In this document: positions 34,974 to 45,737 of the stretch, in pieces
Layout: every line of letters starts with the position of its first letter
How positions within the stretch are numbered: the stretch's first letter is position 1
Origin: a virus
Taxonomy: Duplodnaviria > Caudoviricetes
IMG/VR virus record: IMGVR_UViG_3300042922_001429
Span: 1-54,395 of that record
Reading direction: 5' to 3' (one strand)
DNA: 54,395 bases
Translations under genes and position numbers: made by a program
The notes under the pieces: generated by a model
Seen by the model: the letters and a program-made list of their open reading frames with translations, nothing else
What the model was told of the DNA's origin: nothing
The model's database searches: none

Positions 34974-37900
34974 TGAATCAGGGAGCTTTACATTTCGATG
35001 CGCTTTTATCCGTTAATAATTTTGATGCCGGTATTGCCCGTATCAAAAGCGGTATCCGTGAAGCTTCTGGAGTAGCAAAAAGAGAAGCTGAATCAATGGA
35101 TTCGGCTTTCCGTAATTTAGGTACTGCCATCGGTGGTTACTTTTCAGCTCAAACCCTATTCTCATTTACTAAAGAACTTATCAATGTAAGAGGTGAATTC
35201 CAGAAAACGGAAATCGCATTCTCTACAATGCTCGGTAGTGCTGATAAGGCTAAGGTGTTAATGGGGGATATGGTTAAGTTAGCAGCTAATACACCATTCT
35301 CATTACAAGATGTATCGAAAGGAGCGAAACAGTTACTTGCATTCCAGGTTCCAGCTAAAGATCTTCTTGAAACTTTAACAAGAATCGGAAACATATCTGC
35401 CGGGGTTTCAGTTCCGATTGATAGAATTATTCTTGCTTATGGTCAGGTAAAAGCTGCCGGAAGATTGATGGGAACTGAAATGCGACAGTTTACCGAAGCA
35501 GGTATTCCAATGTATGCTGAATTAGCCAAAGTTCTAAAGGTTGATGAAACAGCCATAAAAGGAATGGTTGAGGCCGGTAAAGTTGGATTCAAAGATGTTG
35601 AACAGGTGATCAAAAACCTTACAAATGAAGGAGGAATGTTTTTCGAGTTGATGGAAAAACAATCCAAATCAATGTCCGGTAGAGTTTCCAACCTAGGTGA
35701 TCAGTGGGACCAAATGCTCAATAAAATAGGTCAGGCAAATGAAGGGATTTTATATGATGGAATAGAAGGATTAACGCATTTAATTGAGCATTATCAGGAG
35801 TTATTCGAAATGATTAAAACTCTTGTTTTATCCTATGGGGCTTACAAAGCTGCAATTATGGTAACCTCAGCAGCTCAATCCTTGGCTAATAAAACTCTAG
35901 CTACTGAAATAGGTCTTCTATCTTTTTCAGAGAGAATGAAATTAGGTCGTGCGCTTGTTACTCAGAGACAAACTATCGCAACCTTAGCGGAAACTCAAGC
36001 AGAAAAAGCTTCTCTATCCGCAAAATACGCAACGCTTCAAGCTGAGGTTGCGATATTGGCTACTAAAAAACAAAAGGCAGTTGCTTTGGGTATTGAAAGA
36101 GCTCAAGCTGTTGGAAATGCTCAAGTTCAGCTTGCTTTGGCTCAAGCGGAATTAAGATCTATTCAAGCGAACGGAACCGCCAGAGAAGTTTTGATCGCTA
36201 CGAAAAATGTCGAGAAAGCTCAAAATACTGTTATTGCTGCTCAGGAATCTGCTTCCATTGCAAGAACCGCCGCACTAGCTGCCGGAACAAAATTTTATGC
36301 AGTTCAGAAAGAATTGCAAGTTACCGCCACCGCATTATCTGCCGCCGCTACAGATGTAGAAACAGCATCGGAAGCCGCCAACGTTGCCGCAAAAACAGCA
36401 AATGCAATTGCAACTCAACGATTGACAGTTGCTCAATTAGCTCAGACCGTTGCCATGAATGCCGCCGCAAGAGCTGCAGCATTTCTAAATGCTACTTTAT
36501 TCGCAAACCCCTACGCATTAGCTACAGCTTTAATTGTGGCTTTAGGTTATGCAATTTATAAATACAATACAGCCTTAACCGTTGCTGAAGAATCTCAGAA
36601 ACGTATGAATGATGATGCTGCCAATCAAATTGCAACTTTGACTGAGCAAGAAGCGAAAATCAAGGCATTAATAAAAGTTGTTGAAGATCAAACCTCATCA
36701 GAAGACACGAAAGCCGCCGCATATAAACGAATTGCATTACTAACAAATGGCAGATTAGATCAATTAGATGCAGAAGCTGTAAAAACCGGTAAAGCTACCG
36801 GAATGCTTCAGAAATATATTGAGATGCTAAAGTTAGAGGCTGAGGCTAAAAGATACGTTAATGAATTAGGTAGGCTTGAAACTGATACTGAAAATCTTAA
36901 AAACAATCGTAACAACTTCGGTATCGGTGATATGTGGGATGACTTCACCGATTTTGATAGTAGTTTTGATTGGAATTTAAAAGATCGAAAAAAAGAAAGA
37001 GTTGATCGAATAGTCAAAGATAAAGAAGCTGAGAAAAAAGAGATCCAGAAAAAACTAGATGATCTTGCAAAAAGAGGTGTAAATATTACAGAAACCGAAA
37101 TCACAGAAGATAAATCTCCAGCTAAAAAAGGTTGGGCGCAAAAAATTAAAGCTCAGATTGATGAGTTGGAGGCTGCCGCTGATAGCGCACCAACAAGAGC
37201 TGCTTACCAGAAGATCAGAGATAAAATTAAAAAGCTTCAAGAATTATTAAATCCTAAAAAAGAAAAATCAGAAGGTCAGCTGGCTGAAATACTTCCTTTA
37301 GGATCCATTAAAGAACTTCAACAAAGAGCTTCTTTAATTTCTGAAGCAATTGACGTAGCAGTAAATGGTCAGGTGAAACTTCGTAAGCTTGATAAATTCG
37401 GTAAGGATAAAGATAAAAAAGGAAATCCATATTTAACGGGTGAAACAGTAAGTCTTGAAGAAGCGTACAAGAGTCGTGAGGCAATCGAAAACAAGATCAC
37501 ATCCCTTCAGTATAAATCTTTTCAAGAGCGTATTGATGAATCTGAAAGACAGTGGAATAACTATTATAAAATATCTGAATTTTATGGTAAAGAAACTGCT
37601 GACACTCAATATAAAGATCTTTTCAAAGGTGCTAAAAATTATTTAGAATATTTAGAAAAGCAGGAACAAGCATTAAAAAACAAAGCAGAATCCGGGCAAA
37701 TTCTAACCGAAGAAGATAAGAAAAACATTGTATTTCTTCAAGATAAGATTTCAGATCTAAACGGAACAGAAACTCCTTTTGAAAACTTTAAAAAAGGAAT
37801 TGATGATGCTCTAAAATCATTGCCGTCATTAGTTGATCAGATTGAATATTTAGAAAAAGCTGAAAATGATGCATTTTCAAAATCAGGAAGTAATTCTAAT

Positions 37901-39742
37901 CCATTTTTATCAGAAAGAAAATATTTTGAAGATCGTAAAAGAGAGGTTTTACAGCAACAAAAAGAACTTTATACTTCCTTCATTCAAGAACAACAAACTT
38001 TTGAAGAAAAGAAAACTCAAATAGAGTCTAAATATGAAGATTTCCGGAAGAGAATAAGTGAAGGGAAATTCACAGATTCTGAAAGATTAAGATTGTTGGA
38101 TTCTGCAGGTAAAGCCGAAGCTAAAGAATATAGGGAAGCTTTTATGTCTGTTTTTGAAAAAACTGATTTATTCGAAAAAGCCTTTGGAAATATAGATGCT
38201 TTAACAAAAAAAGAGATTTCGTTACTTCTTCCACAATTGGAAGCGAAAATGCAGGAGCTAATCAACTTAGACGCTCCTACCGCTGAGGTTGAGAAATTTA
38301 GAGAAAAAATTGAAGGTTTAAGAAATCTTACAACAGGCTCAGGATCAATTAACAGTCTTATTAAAAGCTTCAAGGAGTTACGGAAAAAAATCAGAGAAGG
38401 AACAGCAACTCAAGAAGATTTCAGTAGGCTCAATGAACATATCCAACGAACAAAATTTTATACAGATTTAGCAGTTAATTCAGCAAAAGAACTTGCTGCA
38501 GCATTTGGTCTTGATGGAGCTGGCGGTCCTTTTGAAAAATTTGGAAAGGACCTAACACAAACTCTGGAAGGGTTAGTAAATGCCTTAGTAGGTTATTTTT
38601 CTGGAAATATTCAGCAGATGGTTGGAGGTATAGCTCAGATGGTTGTTGGTGTTGTGAAAATGCTATCTACTGCAGGTGATGGTAAAAAAGAGAAAGGTAT
38701 CAGAGAATGGAAAAGAGCTGTTGATGAATTGAAGTTTGCATATGAAGAATTGCAAATGGTGATTGAAAAAACAGCAGGAGAAGGTCAGTTGGCTATGCAG
38801 AGAGATCTAATTGCCAACTTAAAAGAACAGCAGAGAATCCTCTATGATATGCGTTCTAAAGAAGCTTCCAAAAAGAAAGTCGATCAAGAGAAAATAGCTG
38901 GATTTACTGAACAAATAAATGATATAAATCTTCAAATCCAAACTTTAATTGATGATTTTCAAAAAAGTATTACTACAACGGATTTTAAAGACTTCTCTCA
39001 AAAAATCGCTGATGCCCTAATTGATGCATTTGGAAAAGGAGAAGACGCTGCAGCCGCTTTTGATAAGGTTGTAGATGATGTAATGAGAAATGCTGTTGCA
39101 AATGCATTAAGAATTAAAATTCTAGAACCTGCTGTAAAAAGTATGGTTGATAATCTTTATCAATCAATGGGTTATGGTGGTCAGTCTGGAGCAACAGCTG
39201 AACAAGCTGCAGCCCTAAAGGCTTATCAAGATCAGATTGCTGACATTGAAAAAAAACTGCCTACCGCAAATAGTTTAGTAGCCGCTAATTTGAATTCTAC
39301 TAAAAATTATTTGCTTGAAAAAATAAAAATACTTCAACAACAGATTGCTTCAAATTCAGTTTCTGGATCCTTTGATGGTCTTACAGAAGAAGAAAGAGAG
39401 AAAATCAAAGCTTTAGGACTTACGGCAATGCAGCAGTATACAGCTGCGCTTCAACAATATGAGGATTTATTTGGTGGTGCTGCTGAAAATGCTCAGGGAT
39501 TAAAAGGAGACATTAAAGGAATTACAGAAAAGACCGCCGGAACATTAGAAGCGCAATTTAATGCAGTGAGGATAAATATTGTAGCGATGTTGAAAATATA
39601 CCAGGCTAACCAAACAATATTTAAAAATCAGCTTTTAGTTCAAAGTCAAATTGAGATTAACACCAGACCGTTGAAAGCAATTTTGAAAGAAATAACAGAA
39701 TTGAATTCCAAAGTCAAAAAAAACCTAGCAGGAGTGCCATAA
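34973..39742 (+). CDS. Tape measure protein
   Basis: 1589 aa; AFSTMLGS, AANTPF, YGQVKAAGRL, QFTEAGIP; helical Ala-rich. Confidence 0.95.
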   Translation: MNQGALHFDALLSVNNFDAGIARIKSGIREASGVAKREAESMDSAFRNLGTAIGGYFSAQTLFSFTKELINVRGEFQKTEIAFSTMLGSADKAKVLMGDMVKLAANTPFSLQDVSKGAKQLLAFQVPAKDLLETLTRIGNISAGVSVPIDRIILAYGQVKAAGRLMGTEMRQFTEAGIPMYAELAKVLKVDETAIKGMVEAGKVGFKDVEQVIKNLTNEGGMFFELMEKQSKSMSGRVSNLGDQWDQMLNKIGQANEGILYDGIEGLTHLIEHYQELFEMIKTLVLSYGAYKAAIMVTSAAQSLANKTLATEIGLLSFSERMKLGRALVTQRQTIATLAETQAEKASLSAKYATLQAEVAILATKKQKAVALGIERAQAVGNAQVQLALAQAELRSIQANGTAREVLIATKNVEKAQNTVIAAQESASIARTAALAAGTKFYAVQKELQVTATALSAAATDVETASEAANVAAKTANAIATQRLTVAQLAQTVAMNAAARAAAFLNATLFANPYALATALIVALGYAIYKYNTALTVAEESQKRMNDDAANQIATLTEQEAKIKALIKVVEDQTSSEDTKAAAYKRIALLTNGRLDQLDAEAVKTGKATGMLQKYIEMLKLEAEAKRYVNELGRLETDTENLKNNRNNFGIGDMWDDFTDFDSSFDWNLKDRKKERVDRIVKDKEAEKKEIQKKLDDLAKRGVNITETEITEDKSPAKKGWAQKIKAQIDELEAAADSAPTRAAYQKIRDKIKKLQELLNPKKEKSEGQLAEILPLGSIKELQQRASLISEAIDVAVNGQVKLRKLDKFGKDKDKKGNPYLTGETVSLEEAYKSREAIENKITSLQYKSFQERIDESERQWNNYYKISEFYGKETADTQYKDLFKGAKNYLEYLEKQEQALKNKAESGQILTEEDKKNIVFLQDKISDLNGTETPFENFKKGIDDALKSLPSLVDQIEYLEKAENDAFSKSGSNSNPFLSERKYFEDRKREVLQQQKELYTSFIQEQQTFEEKKTQIESKYEDFRKRISEGKFTDSERLRLLDSAGKAEAKEYREAFMSVFEKTDLFEKAFGNIDALTKKEISLLLPQLEAKMQELINLDAPTAEVEKFREKIEGLRNLTTGSGSINSLIKSFKELRKKIREGTATQEDFSRLNEHIQRTKFYTDLAVNSAKELAAAFGLDGAGGPFEKFGKDLTQTLEGLVNALVGYFSGNIQQMVGGIAQMVVGVVKMLSTAGDGKKEKGIREWKRAVDELKFAYEELQMVIEKTAGEGQLAMQRDLIANLKEQQRILYDMRSKEASKKKVDQEKIAGFTEQINDINLQIQTLIDDFQKSITTTDFKDFSQKIADALIDAFGKGEDAAAAFDKVVDDVMRNAVANALRIKILEPAVKSMVDNLYQSMGYGGQSGATAEQAAALKAYQDQIADIEKKLPTANSLVAANLNSTKNYLLEKIKILQQQIASNSVSGSFDGLTEEEREKIKALGLTAMQQYTAALQQYEDLFGGAAENAQGLKGDIKGITEKTAGTLEAQFNAVRINIVAMLKIYQANQTIFKNQLLVQSQIEINTRPLKAILKEITELNSKVKKNLAGVP

Positions 39743-40233
39743 TGGAAACAAAAAATATTTTAAGCTTAGCAAAAAAGCATGATTTATGTAAACCATGGCA
39801 GGAGAAAATGAAAAAAGATTCTTCTCTTAAAAATCTATGCAATATGTATTTCGAAGGCGATGATTGGAGTATGGAAAATGATTTTCCGGATTTGAAAGTT
39901 CTTCGAGAATTTAAAGGGAAATCGGACATCTATGGACTTCATACAGATTATGAAGGAACCAAAGAAAATGAGCTAGAAGCAGCTTATTTCGGAGAAAGTA
40001 AAGTTCGGTTAAGTTATGATAGTTATTCAGTTGGAAAATTGATTTTAAGGCATCAAACTAAGGCTAAAATTAAAGCATCTGGAAACGCTAGATTATTCAT
40101 CAACATTCTTGATAACGCAGAGGTTGAAATAGAATGTTTGAATCAATCTTCAGTAAGTGTTTTCTGTTATGATAATCACAATGTAAAAAGCATTGGAAAT
40201 GTAAAAGTTCAAACATCAACTTTTAAAAAATGA
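39742..40233 (+). CDS. Conserved Bacteroidetes-phage hypothetical protein
   Basis: LCKPWQ N-terminus and beta-solenoid-like C-terminus. Confidence 0.65.
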   Translation: METKNILSLAKKHDLCKPWQEKMKKDSSLKNLCNMYFEGDDWSMENDFPDLKVLREFKGKSDIYGLHTDYEGTKENELEAAYFGESKVRLSYDSYSVGKLILRHQTKAKIKASGNARLFINILDNAEVEIECLNQSSVSVFCYDNHNVKSIGNVKVQTSTFKK

Positions 40234-41249
40234 TTGAAGTAGAGTATTTTGTCAATTATAAAAACTTTCGTGATTTCGAAGTTTACGTTTCTGATTCTAT
40301 AGGCGTCGCTGATGCTTTGGAAAGAAAAGCCGTGCAGTCTTATGATTGGGCAGAATATCACGGAACCTCTCCGAATCTAAGAAATGTAAAATTCAAGGAA
40401 AGAAAGATTGAATTGAAATGTTTTGTTGATGGTGAGAACTGGGAGGTTATGTTGGCTAATTTTCACGCCTTTAAAGATCAGTTTGCAAGGTCTGGAACTC
40501 AGAGACTTCATATTGTTCCTTTTGAGTTTAAAACTTTAGCTTATGAAGTTTACATGCAGGAAGATATTTCTTTAGAAAAAACATTCAGAAAAGGTCGAAT
40601 GGTCGGGATATTTTCAATAAACCTCATCGAATCAAATCCGATTAAAACTGTTTTAAAAACATCTCTTGATAAGTTCAAACTTTCCTACGAATCGACTACT
40701 GAAACAGAATTATTCTTTGGCGACGGAACAAAACAAACCGCAAGAGGAGATGTAAACTTCACGAAAAACTATGAATCACCATCTTATGAAAGTTCCGGGA
40801 TAAACATGATTTCAGTAAGCGGTGTAAATGCAGATTTCTACGAAGCATACACAATACCAACCGTTGAAACATTTTTCAGGTTTTCGGTTGATGTAAATAT
40901 TACGGCTGCGAAAGATTTACTTCTTTTTGTAATAGGTAGAAAACCCGACAATACTTACCAAGTGATTGCAATGTCTGAAATCATCAACGGTAAAACCGGA
41001 TATAATACTCTTGAAGCTTTTTCAGAATTAAATATGTCTGATTATGGCAAATTCATCTACAAGGTTTTAGATGATGAAGGAAATGAAGTTGCGGTAATGA
41101 CTTATAGTAATGCAAAAATTGAGACAGCGGAAATAATAGGCGAATGGGTTGACATGATTGGAAAAGAGAAAATCATCATCATCGCCGGAAATATCGAAGA
41201 AATTAAAAATTTACAAACCGAAGCTGAAATTCTTTGGGATAAAATCTAA
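40230..41249 (+). CDS. Distal tail-like protein
   Basis: RKAVQSYDWAEYHG, KERKIELKC, FSINLIE.NP. Confidence 0.6.
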   Translation: MIEVEYFVNYKNFRDFEVYVSDSIGVADALERKAVQSYDWAEYHGTSPNLRNVKFKERKIELKCFVDGENWEVMLANFHAFKDQFARSGTQRLHIVPFEFKTLAYEVYMQEDISLEKTFRKGRMVGIFSINLIESNPIKTVLKTSLDKFKLSYESTTETELFFGDGTKQTARGDVNFTKNYESPSYESSGINMISVSGVNADFYEAYTIPTVETFFRFSVDVNITAAKDLLLFVIGRKPDNTYQVIAMSEIINGKTGYNTLEAFSELNMSDYGKFIYKVLDDEGNEVAVMTYSNAKIETAEIIGEWVDMIGKEKIIIIAGNIEEIKNLQTEAEILWDKI

Positions 41250-41264
41250 AAAAAATAAATTACA

Positions 41265-43877
41265 ATGCCAGATTTAGATCAAATTAATATCAATATTACG
41301 GATACTATACCGCCTGAAAACTTCGCAACGATTGATAAAAATTCATTAGTTGGTACTGTGTACACAAAAGCTCAGGATAACGAATGGAGATCAGAAGTAG
41401 AATCAATGGTACAATCGGGGATTAAAGGCGTAGCTAAACCGAATACACCTTATGATCCAATTACCAATCCATATCCTACACCTTGGGTTACTGGTAATTC
41501 TCCATTATACGAAAAGTATGATGTTAATCTTCCGGGTACTTATATGAATTTCCGAGATGTAAACGATGAAGATATTGTAGTCACTCAGACAGATTTAGAT
41601 TTGAATGAGGTGCAAATTTGGGTTAAAAACGGGGTTTCTGAGAAGATTTTAAAAGCAATGCCTCAAGCTTCTGTAAATATTAGAAAATGGGAAGATTTAC
41701 AGCCTTCAGATTTCCCACTAAATGAAGGAAGTCAGGTAATTTACGAAAATGCACAATGGATGGTAGATGAAGGTAAAACATCCTTATCTACTGATTTACC
41801 AAGTGAAGATTCTTTGATTTGGATTGCTATTGGTGGTACGGGTTCAAAAGTAGAAAATTTAGAAAAAGCAGCGAGATCATTTTTATCAGGAGCAACAACG
41901 GAAGATGTTTTGTATAATTCCACAAATGCAACTGCTGGAAGTTTAAAGGATGATGGTACCGTAACAAATCAGGGCACAGATGCTTATAATAAGGTTATTA
42001 ATATCGATTTGGCGAATGCCATACACGTGCAAATAAAATGTTATCCTATTCAGTCAGATTTTTCGGAATATGCTATGTTTGTAGGTGTGCGCGCCAACGG
42101 CGACAAAGTGGAATTATTACCTACGCAGCCGAATAATTCAATATTTGGGACTTGGGAGTTTGACGTAACTAATTTTATAAGTGGAAAAGTATGCTATAAT
42201 TACACTTTTGGCGAGTCCACGACTTTAGTTACAGTTACTAAACCAGCTTACGGCGCAAAAGAAGATGCGATAAAATTATACGTGGATGATAGCACGGCGG
42301 ACATTAAAAAATCTTTAGACTATTTTTTAAAGCAATATGAGTATACTAATCCTGTATTTGCAGATATAAACACAAGACAACCAGGGGCGCTAAGAAATGA
42401 TAATATTGTTTTGTATGACCCACAAACCGCAATCACTTTGTATACTATACTCAATGTGCCGACTAATGGGCGAAAAAAATTAGAATATAACGCCGTAAGA
42501 CCTCGTCAAACAGTAGGTAACAATACTTTGACATATCCGACCATTGTCGGCAAGCGTGCAGATAATTCTTTACAAATACTTTTACCCGCAAGCATTATTA
42601 CTAATAATGAGCCTCAGATAAATAATGAGATAGATGTACAAAATTTTGTTAGCGTATCGATATGTTATTCAGTTTTAAGCGACTCGCCTACGTTTAGATT
42701 ATATGATGAAAAATATATATCTGTTTCACTTAACAATGTTAAATCATATATCGATTCAATAACCATAATGACAAGATCCTCTATTGATTTATATTCAAAA
42801 GGTCTTCGAGAAAGTAATACAATTGAACAAAACACAACTATTTTTAACAATGCTTTTACTGAGGCGAAAGCCATGCGAAAGCATTTAATTGCTCCTGAAG
42901 GTATATATCCATTAGCTAACGTGCAGATGAAAGCAGGTGTTAATTTATTAGGACAAGATAATAAAACGATTTTTAGAAATAACACCGCAACACCGACATT
43001 TGTATTAACTCAAGCAGAGTCACAAACTTACATAGAAGTCAATCAGTTACCATTAGCCGCAGAATTTTGCAACCAGGGTGTAGAGATAGGGCATTTTATA
43101 ATAAGCGGTGCTGGTGTTGCTACTAAAGGCATGGTTTTAAACAATATGGCGTCTAGCACATTTGAAAGAATTTACATGACTGGTTTCACTGACGTATGTT
43201 TAGACATGAAGGGAGTTTTAGCAAGTAATTTCAACGACTGTCAATTTATAAAGTCAGCTAATGGTATGCGTGGAACTATATCTGATAACGGGTTGTATTG
43301 GGCAAATCACATGAATTTTACTAATTGTAAACTAAGTTATGTCAGTGGTTTAGCTGTTGATTGGTCATATGGCGCGGGAGTATTTTTTACAGGTTGTGAT
43401 TTTTCGGCGATAGGCTCAGCAGGGAATTTAAATACTGGTGTTTTCAAGTTACGCAATATGTCGCAGGAAAATACACAGTATGGTATAACAGGCATAGATT
43501 TAGCACTTAAAAATACGTGGTCTGAGCAATTGTACGGGGGCTTTTATATTGATGTAGAGGCTTGTAATGGTAGAACCTTAATAAGTGATTCTAATATATT
43601 AAAATCATATAATGTAGGTGATATGGCTAAAGGAATATTGAACAAAGGGTGTAAAGTATCTGTTTTATACTCAACAATTAGAGGCTTCGGAATAGATACT
43701 TCTAATAGTGGAATAACTAAAGTTATAGATTCTACTATTGAAAGCCATGCAGAAACAACGGGCGGAAAATATATTGTTGTAGACGTTGAGGAAGTTTATT
43801 TAACACAAGCTCAATACGATGCACTTTCAACTGCTGAAAAGAATAATGGTAATAAATATTTCATTCAAACACCTTAA
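41265..43877 (+). CDS. Tail spike/fibre with pectin-lyase-like beta-helix
   Basis: FNNAF...LIAPEGIY...GVNLLG cap followed by repeated NFxxC strands. Confidence 0.75.
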   Translation: MPDLDQININITDTIPPENFATIDKNSLVGTVYTKAQDNEWRSEVESMVQSGIKGVAKPNTPYDPITNPYPTPWVTGNSPLYEKYDVNLPGTYMNFRDVNDEDIVVTQTDLDLNEVQIWVKNGVSEKILKAMPQASVNIRKWEDLQPSDFPLNEGSQVIYENAQWMVDEGKTSLSTDLPSEDSLIWIAIGGTGSKVENLEKAARSFLSGATTEDVLYNSTNATAGSLKDDGTVTNQGTDAYNKVINIDLANAIHVQIKCYPIQSDFSEYAMFVGVRANGDKVELLPTQPNNSIFGTWEFDVTNFISGKVCYNYTFGESTTLVTVTKPAYGAKEDAIKLYVDDSTADIKKSLDYFLKQYEYTNPVFADINTRQPGALRNDNIVLYDPQTAITLYTILNVPTNGRKKLEYNAVRPRQTVGNNTLTYPTIVGKRADNSLQILLPASIITNNEPQINNEIDVQNFVSVSICYSVLSDSPTFRLYDEKYISVSLNNVKSYIDSITIMTRSSIDLYSKGLRESNTIEQNTTIFNNAFTEAKAMRKHLIAPEGIYPLANVQMKAGVNLLGQDNKTIFRNNTATPTFVLTQAESQTYIEVNQLPLAAEFCNQGVEIGHFIISGAGVATKGMVLNNMASSTFERIYMTGFTDVCLDMKGVLASNFNDCQFIKSANGMRGTISDNGLYWANHMNFTNCKLSYVSGLAVDWSYGAGVFFTGCDFSAIGSAGNLNTGVFKLRNMSQENTQYGITGIDLALKNTWSEQLYGGFYIDVEACNGRTLISDSNILKSYNVGDMAKGILNKGCKVSVLYSTIRGFGIDTSNSGITKVIDSTIESHAETTGGKYIVVDVEEVYLTQAQYDALSTAEKNNGNKYFIQTP

Positions 43878-43880
43878 GTT

Positions 43881-44597
43881 ATGTTTCACAACGGAAATAA
43901 ATATGACAAAGTTTTTCACAATGGTAATCTTTACAATAAAGCTTATCAAAATGGAAATTTGATTTTAGGGAGCAATACGCCCGTAGACCCAAATTTAATT
44001 CTTGATATTCCTTTCCAAAATAGCATATCGAATATTTCGCCTAATGGTTTAGCAATGGTTGCAGCGAGTACGTCACCTGTTTTTGTTGCAGGAAGAAAGG
44101 GCACAGATTATTGCGCTTATTTCAATGGAACAAGATCAATAAAAACAAATGGGGACTTAAATTTAAATTCAAACAAGGTTACGATGTCTGTATGGTACAA
44201 GCCAGCTAATTTGGTAGGTAAACAAATTCTTTGTGAGTTGTCCGATAATTCTGATTCTAGAAATGCGTTTAATAATTATTCAATTTCCAATGTTTTCTAT
44301 TGTAATGACAATCTAACAACGGGCACGTCTAGGCTGGTTTATAGTTCGTCCTTAGTAGTAGGTACTTGGGTTCACATCGTTGCGGTTATTGAAAGAGGTG
44401 TTAGTGCTAGAATATATATTAATGGCGTTTTAGCCTCTTCAACGGGCGATAATCTTACGGGTAATTTTGGGGCATTTCCTATTTTCATTGGCATGAGGGG
44501 CGGAACTACACTTGGGCTTATAGGATATATGCAAGAATTGAAATTATACAATAAAGCTTTAACACAGGCAGAAATAACTAGTTTGTATAATTTGTAA
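43881..44597 (+). CDS. LamG/concanavalin-like domain protein
   Basis: TMSVWYK, GTWVHIVAV, IYINGV, LYNKALTQAEITSLY. Confidence 0.88.
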   Translation: MFHNGNKYDKVFHNGNLYNKAYQNGNLILGSNTPVDPNLILDIPFQNSISNISPNGLAMVAASTSPVFVAGRKGTDYCAYFNGTRSIKTNGDLNLNSNKVTMSVWYKPANLVGKQILCELSDNSDSRNAFNNYSISNVFYCNDNLTTGTSRLVYSSSLVVGTWVHIVAVIERGVSARIYINGVLASSTGDNLTGNFGAFPIFIGMRGGTTLGLIGYMQELKLYNKALTQAEITSLYNL

Positions 44598-44599
44598 AT

Positions 44600-45703
44600 C
44601 TATTTAAAATGTTTATCTCTTAATTTCATAAACGGAAGTTCTACAAATTTATAAATGAGTGTAGCTATCATAAAAGAAAGAATCCAGAAAGATAAATATT
44701 TAATATAGAAAGGTTTTTCAAATCCTATTCTATTTAAGAATAAAGCTTGTAAAGGTGTTGAATTAACAAGATATAAGGAATAGCTGATTAGGCTGGTAAA
44801 TGTGACTCCAGTTATTATCAATTTTGATTTAGGTAGTTTCATTTCAAATAAAAATGGCAGGGTTAAAAATACTCCGAAAGAATTAAGAGAAAATGAAAAA
44901 ACAGTTTGAAATAACGTTGAATAACTTATTGTAAGATCAAAAATCCGTAATGAAATTAAAATCAAAATTCCAATGAACAATTTCAATTTTTTTAGATGAA
45001 AAAATATTTGCCCGTAATAATGTCTTAGAAAAGCGGCAAGAACACCAAACATGATGCTGTCTAATCGCAATAAAGTAACTGAGCGGAAGACTTTATCCCA
45101 TTCTGAAATATTATTTGAAATTGGATAGTTGTAAAATCTTATTAAACGTAGAATAGGACAAACGATCAAGAAAAATATGATTACTAATAAAAACGCTTTT
45201 TCTTTATTTTTTATAAAAAAAAATGAAATTAATGTAAATATTGGGAGTAATAAATAAAACCATTCCTCAATGCTAAGAGACCATGCTTCAGGATATAGAT
45301 AAGAATCAAATTCTGTGAAGTTTTGAATAAATAGAAAATGATTTAATGTTTTAAAAGAATCTAATTCATTATAAGTAATAAAATGTAAAATGCATACAAT
45401 AGTTAAAACAAAGAAATAGGCCGGAAGAGTGCGCATCCATCTTCTTATCCAAAATTTGAATACGGTTTTTGAAAGATTATTTTTTTCATAGGTGCGAATA
45501 AATATCCCGCCAATTAGAAAACCACTTAGGACAAAGAATAATAATACACCATCAAGATATAAAAATGAGTTTATTTTTTTTAGTGGCAGTGAAAGTTGAT
45601 AAGAACCATGATTTATAAGAACAAAAAAAATAGCAAAAAAACGCAGAAGATCTAAACCAAAATTTCTGCTTTCGGGAATTTCAATGGTAAAAAGTTTTTT
45701 CAT
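44600..45703 (-). CDS. Acyltransferase-3 (OafA-like) polysaccharide O-acetyltransferase
   Basis: GLDLLR, GV.LFFVLSGFLI, RRWMRTLP, WSLSIEEWFY, SYSLYL, VELPF; start MKKLF at 45703. Confidence 0.92.
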   Translation of the reverse strand: MKKLFTIEIPESRNFGLDLLRFFAIFFVLINHGSYQLSLPLKKINSFLYLDGVLLFFVLSGFLIGGIFIRTYEKNNLSKTVFKFWIRRWMRTLPAYFFVLTIVCILHFITYNELDSFKTLNHFLFIQNFTEFDSYLYPEAWSLSIEEWFYLLLPIFTLISFFFIKNKEKAFLLVIIFFLIVCPILRLIRFYNYPISNNISEWDKVFRSVTLLRLDSIMFGVLAAFLRHYYGQIFFHLKKLKLFIGILILISLRIFDLTISYSTLFQTVFSFSLNSFGVFLTLPFLFEMKLPKSKLIITGVTFTSLISYSLYLVNSTPLQALFLNRIGFEKPFYIKYLSFWILSFMIATLIYKFVELPFMKLRDKHFK

Positions 45704-45737
45704 CGTCTTTTGATTAATGCGAAAATAAGAAAATAAA

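Noticed and set aside
35149-38373. Several antisense and alternate-frame ORFs in the tape measure gene
   Set aside because: Typical shadow ORFs without motifs or expression signals
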